DNA of 64,000 bases. It comes from Kiritimatiellia bacterium (GTDB lineage: Bacteria; Verrucomicrobiota; Kiritimatiellia; RFP12; UBA1067). Numbering within the stretch: position 1 is the first letter of the stretch; each line of letters begins with the position of its first letter. The DNA lies in NCBI GenBank assembly GCA_050949565.1, contig JBMNFY010000008.1, forward strand, positions 288,001 through 352,000, given 5' to 3'. Positions 57,518-64,000 of this stretch are shown piece by piece. The notes under the pieces are model-generated. The model did no database searches, was not told where the DNA came from, and saw nothing but the letters and a program-made list of their open reading frames with translations. The position numbers and the translations under genes were made by a program.

Positions 57518-58888
57518 ATGAGTGTATCCATGCGTAGAATGATTTTGGCCATAATGGTGTCCGTCTGCGCGGCGGCAGCAGCGCGGTCGGAAGTTGTGGA
57601 CCTAGGCGAGGTTTTCAGCAAGGCAGAGAGCTGGACGCTCGGCGCTGAAACTTTTTTGGGTGACTACCAGAAGTTCGGATTCCGTTTCCTTGACGACAAA
57701 GGCAGCGCGATGTCGTCCGACAAAGAATCGTTACAATTCTTAGGCCAACCGGTTTTCGAAGCGCGCGTCTACTTCACGGCATCATCGCTGCGCCGGATTG
57801 AGCTTTCAGTCTACAACAAGGGTGATGCTGGCGTAAGAGACCGCGAGGCTTTTGACGCACTGGCGGAGAAGACTAAGGCGGACATAAGCGGCCACTTGCA
57901 GGACAACGGGATGGCCGGCAAGACGACCAGCGAGCGCGCTAATTACGTGGTCAAGCGTCACCAATGGGTCAAACGCACGCCGGGCGTGCAACTGGAGTGG
58001 GCTTATGTCGAGCCGCACCGTTCGCGCGGTGAAAGCGTAGCGTACAATGCCGAGTACATCAAGGTGGTGATGGTGCCGCTCAAAAAAGGCGGAAGTCCGA
58101 TGACCGCGATCACGGGGGGAATGCAGGCGAACCGTGCGAAGAGCGGCAGAGTCATAAAGGAAAATGTGCAACGCAATGAAGATGGGGATGTCTGGATCGA
58201 AAACGTACCGATGGTCGACCAAGGCCAGAAGGGTTACTGCGCGGCGGCTGCATCGGAACGTATACTGCGCTATTACGGGTTGGCGGTAGACCAGCACCAG
58301 ATCGCCCAACTCGCAGAGACTGCGGCGGAGGGTGGCACCACGATCGAGGGCATGGCCGTAGCCGTGGGCAAGATCGGCCGACAATTCCAGTTGGACAAAC
58401 GTGATCTGATCTTGATCGATTCAAAGGGCAGTTTCGAACGCAGCGAACACATGAAACAGCTTGATCGGTATAACGCTACGGCAAAGAAAAAAAAGGCGAC
58501 CGTGATAGACTGGAAGGAGTTTACGACCGACAATGTGGTGGACCTGCAGGCGATTTGGCAAGCGATGGACCCCGAGATCCTTCTGACGGCCAAGAGCACG
58601 GAGCGGCAGGACATGAACAAGTTTATGCGAAACATCAAGACCTATACCGAACAGGGGGTACCGTTGTTGTGGTCGTGCCTGGTGGGTATGTATCCGGAAG
58701 AGCCGGAACTAGGTCAGCCCGGTATTTTCGGTCATGTACGCCTAATCATCGGCTATAACGAAAAAAACAACACGTTGCTTTATTCGGATTCATGGGGGCC
58801 GCGCCATGCCTTGAAGCGTCTGCCTTTTGATCAGGCGTGGGCAATGACCAAGGGGCTGATCGTTCTAAAACCAAGAGATGTGAGGTAA
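57518..58888 (+). CDS. Secreted C39-like cysteine peptidase domain protein
   Basis: VPMVDQGQKGYC, GHVRLIIGY, YSDSWG giving a Q/C/H/D papain-fold set; signal peptide. Confidence 0.7.
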   Translation: MSVSMRRMILAIMVSVCAAAAARSEVVDLGEVFSKAESWTLGAETFLGDYQKFGFRFLDDKGSAMSSDKESLQFLGQPVFEARVYFTASSLRRIELSVYNKGDAGVRDREAFDALAEKTKADISGHLQDNGMAGKTTSERANYVVKRHQWVKRTPGVQLEWAYVEPHRSRGESVAYNAEYIKVVMVPLKKGGSPMTAITGGMQANRAKSGRVIKENVQRNEDGDVWIENVPMVDQGQKGYCAAAASERILRYYGLAVDQHQIAQLAETAAEGGTTIEGMAVAVGKIGRQFQLDKRDLILIDSKGSFERSEHMKQLDRYNATAKKKKATVIDWKEFTTDNVVDLQAIWQAMDPEILLTAKSTERQDMNKFMRNIKTYTEQGVPLLWSCLVGMYPEEPELGQPGIFGHVRLIIGYNEKNNTLLYSDSWGPRHALKRLPFDQAWAMTKGLIVLKPRDVR

Positions 58889-58898
58889 CGCAAAAGAA

Positions 58899-60578
58899 AT
58901 GAACGCAAAACAAGCCACACCGCATACCCTTACGGGAATTTTGGTTGACCCTGTCCAGAAAACCAGTTTCGGTGCCCGTCTGACCCTTTCGAAGCAAGGT
59001 ACGATCGCCGCAATCGAGCACGAGCCTGATCCCGATCCCGGCTATATCTTGCCCGGCTTTGTCGACGCGCATGTCCACATCGAAAGCTCGATGCTCACCC
59101 CCGCCGCCTTTGCACGCGCGGCCGTAACGCACGGCACGCTCGCCGCCGTGGCCGATCCCCACGAAATCGCCAACGTGCTAGGCGAGCGCGGTGTGATGCT
59201 GATGCTCGAACTCGCCAGCCAAACACCGTTCGTCTTCGGCTTTGGTGTCCCCTCCTGTGTACCGGCCACTCCCTTCGAAAGTGCTGGCGCGGAACTGGGG
59301 CCCGAGGCGGTTGCGCGCCTGCTCGATCTGCCCGGCATCACGCACCTTGCCGAGATGATGGACGTGCCCGGTGTGCTCAAAAATGATCCCGCCGTCCGCG
59401 CCAAACTTGATGCTGCGCACCAGCGCGGCCTGCCCGTCGACGGGCACGCACCCGGTCTCCGCGATAACGCCATGCGCGCCTATGCTGCAGCCGGCATCAC
59501 GACCGATCACGAGAGCCTCTCCTTCGAAGAGGCGCGTGAGAAACTCAAGGCCGGTATCAAGCTTCTGGTTCGCTACGGTTCGGCCGCGCGCCGCTTCGAG
59601 TCCTTCCTGCCGCTGTTGCCGCGCTTCCCGGACCTCTGCATGCTGTGCAGCGATGACAAGCATCCGGACGACCTGTTGCGCGACCATATCAACTTTATCG
59701 CGGCCACCGCCTTCCGGCAGGGGCTCGCCCTTCAGACCATCCTGCAGGCGGCTTGCGTCAACCCCGTGCGCCACTACCGTCTCCCGCTCGGTCTGCTTCA
59801 ACTCGGCGACAGCGCGGACTTTCAAATCGTCGACGACCTGCGCACCTTCCAACCGCGCGAAGTTTGGTTGCGTGGGCAATGTGTCGCCCGCGATGGCGTC
59901 TCGTTCCTGCCCGCTGGTGAGCCGCGCGTCGAAAACAATTTCGCGGCACGCCCTATCAATGTCGACGCACTGCGCATCCCGGATCAGCCCGGGTGCCGTG
60001 TGCGGGTCATTGGCGTTCGCGACGGCGAAGTCACCACCGCCCACCTGCTGGAGACGCCCAGCGTGGATCAGGGCGCAGTCGTCGCCGATCCCGGACGCGA
60101 CCTTGCAAAGCTCGTTGTCTGCAACCGTTACGTCCCCGCCGCTCCTGCGATCGGCTTGGTCAAGGGGTTCGGTTTGCGGCGTGGTGCGCTCGCCACCAGT
60201 GTCGCGCACGACTCGCACCATGTGATTGCGATCGGTGCCTCGGACGATGCCTTGGCAGCCGCGATCAACGAGGTGGTTCACCACAGCGGCGGCCTGGCTG
60301 TGGCCGACAGCAACCGTAAAATCCTCACCTCCCTGCCGCTGCCGCTGGCTGGCCTGATCTCCACCGAGCCTGCCGAACAGGTGGCCAGGGCGTATTCGGA
60401 TTGTGACCGCCTCGCGAAGATTTTAGGTTCGCCACTCGCGGCGCCTTTCATGACGCTCTCCTTCCTCTCGCTCTCGGTCATCCCCAGCCTGAAGCTCACG
60501 GACAAAGGACTTTTCGACGGAGAAGCCTTCCGTCATGTTTCTCTTTTCGAGGAGAAACATGACGAATTTAGGAGTTAG
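58899..60578 (+). CDS. ade: Adenine deaminase
   Basis: PGFVDAHVHIESS, DPHEIANV, DGHAP, TDHE, SDD, SVAHDSH, PFMTLSFL.L.VIP. Confidence 0.93.
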   Translation: MNAKQATPHTLTGILVDPVQKTSFGARLTLSKQGTIAAIEHEPDPDPGYILPGFVDAHVHIESSMLTPAAFARAAVTHGTLAAVADPHEIANVLGERGVMLMLELASQTPFVFGFGVPSCVPATPFESAGAELGPEAVARLLDLPGITHLAEMMDVPGVLKNDPAVRAKLDAAHQRGLPVDGHAPGLRDNAMRAYAAAGITTDHESLSFEEAREKLKAGIKLLVRYGSAARRFESFLPLLPRFPDLCMLCSDDKHPDDLLRDHINFIAATAFRQGLALQTILQAACVNPVRHYRLPLGLLQLGDSADFQIVDDLRTFQPREVWLRGQCVARDGVSFLPAGEPRVENNFAARPINVDALRIPDQPGCRVRVIGVRDGEVTTAHLLETPSVDQGAVVADPGRDLAKLVVCNRYVPAAPAIGLVKGFGLRRGALATSVAHDSHHVIAIGASDDALAAAINEVVHHSGGLAVADSNRKILTSLPLPLAGLISTEPAEQVARAYSDCDRLAKILGSPLAAPFMTLSFLSLSVIPSLKLTDKGLFDGEAFRHVSLFEEKHDEFRS

Positions 60579-60631
60579 GATTTAGGAATTAGGAGTTTTT
60601 TATCCCAATCGGGATCGCTATCGGTATCGAA
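60568..60631 (+). repeat. (TTAGGAD)4 heptamers overlapping the ade stop, then (ATCGNN)4 hexamers
   Basis: ttaggag ttaggat ttaggaa ttaggag; atcggg atcgct atcggt atcgaa. Confidence 0.8.
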
Positions 60632-60664
60632 ACTCGTAACAAAGCCTATAAGAAAGGTTCAAGC

Positions 60665-62323
60665 ATGAGACAGATAGACCCTTATGAACCCTGCATGTGC
60701 GGCAGCGGCAAAAAATATAAATTTTGCTGCTACCAAAAAAAGAACGATGCGGCCGCCCCTTCAACGGCGGGTCTTAGCAGTTCCGCGCACACCAAAGACG
60801 TTTTCGCTGATTTGTTTGCCGCAGATGAGGACAAATGCCTTGAGAGCTTTGATCTGAACCAAAAAGGGCTGCAACTGATGCGCAGCGGGGATCTGGAAGA
60901 GGGCCTGCCTTATTTTCGCAAAGCGATAGCTACAATGCCGCAGATCTATACCGCCTCAAACAATCTCGCACTGTGCCTTCTGGTATTGGGCAGGCTGGAT
61001 GAAGCCATACAGGTACAAAAAGAGGGCCTGATGGCCTCGCCCTTCCCCAACCCTTTCGGTCTGGCTAACATGGCCACTTTCCTGTATATCAGCGGCGACG
61101 AGATCGGTTGCCAACGCAATATCGATGAAGCGGTGAAGCTCAAGATGCCGAGCAGCGATGCCTGTGTCAAGGTCTGCGAAGTCCTCGCACGCTTGCGCCG
61201 CCACCAAGACATCATCGACTTGGTTGACCGGTGCGAGTTTGACGATAATCCGAACATGTTCTTCTATTCGGGTGTGGCCGCCGCCAACCTTGGTGCTTTC
61301 GAACGTGCCCAAAGGGATTTACGCCGTGTGGGTATCGGCTTCCCTAAATCTGGCGTCGTGCGCCGCTACCTGCAGCATATCAAAGAAAAGACACCGCCGC
61401 ACACCGTTCGCGGCGATTGGCCTTATGTGTCTTCCATTCATGAAGTATGCCCGGCATCCCTTTTTTCTGCCGGCATGCGTACAGACCCCGACAGTTGGGT
61501 GGATCGCCGTGTGGCCGTGGATTTCTGCGAAACGTTTCTGAACGAATCAGTAGCGGATTGGGAGGAGATCGTCGCGCTAATATCCACCATCAAACATCCT
61601 GAGGCCGTCAATCTGCTCTGGCTGATCGCCAAGGGACGTTTCGGCCCGGACGAATTGCGCATCAGAGCGGCGACAGAATTGTCAACCCGCGATGAGTTGG
61701 CTAAAGATCAGAAAATTGAAATGTTTCTTAAGGGCAGGACTACGGAAGTTGCGCTAGGCGGCATACAGATCAACCCCGACTTCCGGTTCGGAAACCCATT
61801 GCCTGAGAAGTTGGACAAAAAATACGAAAAGGCCGTCCTCGCAAGCGAAAAGGGCAACGCTGATTGGGAAAAGATCGAGCAAGTTTTTTTGGAGATTTTA
61901 AATGAGGAGCCCGATTATTATCCGGCGCGTTACAATTATGTGATCGCTCTGCTGAGGCAAAATAAAAACAATGAAGCGTTGCCAATTTTGCGTGACCTTG
62001 TCGCAAAATATCCCGATTACCTTTTTGCGCGCGCCACGCTCCTGCAACTGTTGTTGCTGTTAAATCTTGATGATGAAGCCGACGAGCTGGCCCAATCGAC
62101 GACGTTGCCGCAAGAAACGCACCCCGCCGCCTTTGCCACATGGATGGTCGCGCAAACCGTTTACCATGAGGACGCCGAGCGTTATGACGAGGCCTACTCA
62201 TGTATACGTGCCGCGCATGAGTGCGCGCCGCAACTGACGTCTGTCAAACGCTTGTGGGAAGCCTACAAGGACTGGGACGAGGACGAAGACGAGGACTGGG
62301 AAGAAGACGAGGATGAGTTGTAA
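60665..62323 (+). CDS. SEC-C motif plus TPR protein with acidic tail
   Basis: PYEPCMCGSGKKYKFCC; TPR-like helices; DWDEDEDEDWEEDEDEL tail. Confidence 0.82.
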   Translation: MRQIDPYEPCMCGSGKKYKFCCYQKKNDAAAPSTAGLSSSAHTKDVFADLFAADEDKCLESFDLNQKGLQLMRSGDLEEGLPYFRKAIATMPQIYTASNNLALCLLVLGRLDEAIQVQKEGLMASPFPNPFGLANMATFLYISGDEIGCQRNIDEAVKLKMPSSDACVKVCEVLARLRRHQDIIDLVDRCEFDDNPNMFFYSGVAAANLGAFERAQRDLRRVGIGFPKSGVVRRYLQHIKEKTPPHTVRGDWPYVSSIHEVCPASLFSAGMRTDPDSWVDRRVAVDFCETFLNESVADWEEIVALISTIKHPEAVNLLWLIAKGRFGPDELRIRAATELSTRDELAKDQKIEMFLKGRTTEVALGGIQINPDFRFGNPLPEKLDKKYEKAVLASEKGNADWEKIEQVFLEILNEEPDYYPARYNYVIALLRQNKNNEALPILRDLVAKYPDYLFARATLLQLLLLLNLDDEADELAQSTTLPQETHPAAFATWMVAQTVYHEDAERYDEAYSCIRAAHECAPQLTSVKRLWEAYKDWDEDEDEDWEEDEDEL

Positions 62324-62326
62324 GAG

Positions 62327-62426
62327 CGATAGAATCGACTGAATCGACAGAATCGAATGATTCGAATCTTTCGGTTCCATCGATTCCCTCGACCACTTCT
62401 CACCTCTCACCTATTACCTATTACCT
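62327..62426. repeat. 9-mer (CGAYWGAAT) and 7-mer (YACCTMT) tracks
   Basis: cgatagaat cgactgaat cgacagaat cgaatgatt; cacctct cacctat tacctat tacct. Confidence 0.75.
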
Positions 62427-62471
62427 AAAAAAAACGGGCGCCGGCGACTCCTCGCCGGCGCCCGCTTTTTT
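62427..62471. terminator. Bidirectional intrinsic terminator
   Basis: A8, 13-bp stem CGGGCGCCGGCGA/TCGCCGGCGCCCG, T6; lies between convergent genes. Confidence 0.88.
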
Positions 62472-62482
62472 AGATGTGACGC

Positions 62483-64000
62483 TTATTCCGGCTGCGGCAG
62501 GTCGGCCAGAGCCTGAAGCATCGCGAAGTTGTCCTTGAACTTCCCTTCGGCCTTCTGCAGCATCGCCTCGCCGTCCGGATTGAGCTTCAGGAGCTGCTTG
62601 AAGCGGTTCTCCTTCAGCGCGGTCTCGGCGAACGACTGCGTCGGTGCCTTGCTGTCGAGCTGCAGCGGGTTCTTGCCCTGTGCGGCGAGTTCCGGATTGT
62701 AACGGTAGAGCGGGAAGTGACCCGTCTCCACGGCGACCTTCTGGCGCTCCAGACCTTCGACCATGTTGATGCCGTGCGCGATGCAGTGCGAGTAGGCGAT
62801 GATGATCGCCGGCCCGTCATACGCTTCGGCCTCGGCAAATGCCTTGACCGTGGCGGCCGCGTTGGCACCCAGGCTGACCTGCGCGACGTAGATGTTCTTG
62901 TAGGTCATCGAGATCATGCCGAGGTTCTTCTTCATCTGCTCTTTGCCAGAGGCCGCGAACTTCGCGACCGCGCCGAGCGGCGTGGACTTCGAAGCCTGCC
63001 CGCCGGTGTTGGAGTAGACCTCGGTATCGAGCACGAGGATCTTGATGTTACGCCCGGAAGCGAGCACATGATCAAGACCGCCGTAGCCGATGTCGTACGC
63101 CCAGCCGTCGCCACCGACTGCCCAGACCGACTTGCGGATCAGGTAGTCCGCCACGCCCAGCAGGCTCTTGCAGATAGCGCAGCAGGAACCGTCGCCGAGC
63201 AGCTTCTTCAACTCAGCCACCAGTGCGCGCATGGCTTCGACGCCTTCGCCGCTCTTCTGGTCGGTCTCCTTGATCTTGCGGGCCACCTCTTTGAGTGCGT
63301 CCGGTGCCTGCTCGGCGGCGATGAGCTGATCGATCAGTTCCAGCGCGTAGCCGTTCAGTTTGTCGGCGGTCAGGCGCATGCCGAAAGCAAATTCGGCGGC
63401 GTCCTCGAAGAGCGAGTTGGACCACGACGGGCCGCGGCCGTCCTCACGCGTGCAGTACGGCGTGGTCGGCAGGTTGCCGCCGTAGATCGACGAGCAGCCG
63501 GTCGCGTTACCGATCAGCAGGCGGTCGCCCGCGAGCTGGGTCAGCAGCTTGAGGTACGGTGTCTCGCCACAACCAGCGCAGGCGCCGGAGAACTCGAAGA
63601 GCGGGCGCTTGAGCTGACTGCCCTGAATGGTCGTCAGGTTGAGCTTGGAGGCGTCCGCTTCAGGCAGGCTCAGGAAGAACTTCCAGTTGGCGGCTTCCGG
63701 CGCGCGCAACGGGAACTGCGGAGCCATGTTGATCGCCTTCTTGGTAGGGTCGGCCTTGTTCTTGGCCGGGCAGCGCTGCACGCACAGGCCGCAACCGGTA
63801 CAATCTTCCGGCGCGATCTGAATCGTGTACTTGAAGCCCGGGAAGGCCTTGCCGATCACGCCCTTGGCATCCGCAGACTTGAAGGTCTCGGGAGCGTCCT
63901 TCAGACAGGCGGCGTCGTAGGCCTTGGGGCGGATGGCCGCGTGCGGGCAAACCAGCGAGCACTGCGTGCACTGGATACAGACGTCGGGATCCCACACCGG
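62483..64000 (-). CDS. nifJ: Pyruvate:ferredoxin (flavodoxin) oxidoreductase, 5'-partial
   Basis: CIQC..C...CPH, CTGCGLC...CP, FEFSGACAGCGETPY, GGDGWAYDIG, DTEVYSNTGGQ. Confidence 0.95.
   Translation of the reverse strand, partial: PVWDPDVCIQCTQCSLVCPHAAIRPKAYDAACLKDAPETFKSADAKGVIGKAFPGFKYTIQIAPEDCTGCGLCVQRCPAKNKADPTKKAINMAPQFPLRAPEAANWKFFLSLPEADASKLNLTTIQGSQLKRPLFEFSGACAGCGETPYLKLLTQLAGDRLLIGNATGCSSIYGGNLPTTPYCTREDGRGPSWSNSLFEDAAEFAFGMRLTADKLNGYALELIDQLIAAEQAPDALKEVARKIKETDQKSGEGVEAMRALVAELKKLLGDGSCCAICKSLLGVADYLIRKSVWAVGGDGWAYDIGYGGLDHVLASGRNIKILVLDTEVYSNTGGQASKSTPLGAVAKFAASGKEQMKKNLGMISMTYKNIYVAQVSLGANAAATVKAFAEAEAYDGPAIIIAYSHCIAHGINMVEGLERQKVAVETGHFPLYRYNPELAAQGKNPLQLDSKAPTQSFAETALKENRFKQLLKLNPDGEAMLQKAEGKFKDNFAMLQALADLPQPE

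Noticed and set aside
1-64000. tRNA, rRNA, riboswitches, prophage or defence islands
   Set aside because: No convincing signatures by eye; tRNAscan-SE and an Infernal/Rfam scan are needed to exclude small RNAs.

Overview
GC-rich bacterial chromosomal segment, most likely an anaerobic PVC-superphylum organism of Kiritimatiellota type. This is inferred from a Chlamydia-like murD-LysM-ftsW order, a PPi-type PFK, nifJ and barrel-less beta-helix exoproteins. Core content: SLC12-like transporter, fucP, PIN-PhoH, pgpA, Tat-exported Fe-SOD, pdxA, ilvE, DciA-like protein, pfp, phosphohexomutase, a GldA/F/G-DUF4340 plus MacB-type ABC block, a dcw cluster (mraZ-rsmH-ftsL-ftsI-murE-murF-murD-LysM-ftsW, no mraY), ade and nifJ. 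Accessory content: GH99-like/LamG protein, two GH2s plus a CE15, a Calx-beta exoprotein, vapBC and a complete IS4-family element (21-bp TIRs, 10-bp TSD). Most notable: (1) many intergenic regions are mosaics of reused modules (REP/REPIN hairpins, MITE-like ends, 6-14 bp period tandem tracks) that nest, supply stop codons and one RBS, and bracket orphan genes; (2) the 1572-aa ORF looks like a +1-frameshift fusion that removes a C-terminal GLVVIVR* motif (candidate sorting signal) and reads into an ankyrin lipoprotein gene; (3) a histone-H1-like plus glycogen-binding protein. No rRNA, tRNA or CRISPR array was seen. All calls are from reading motifs by eye; no database searches were run.
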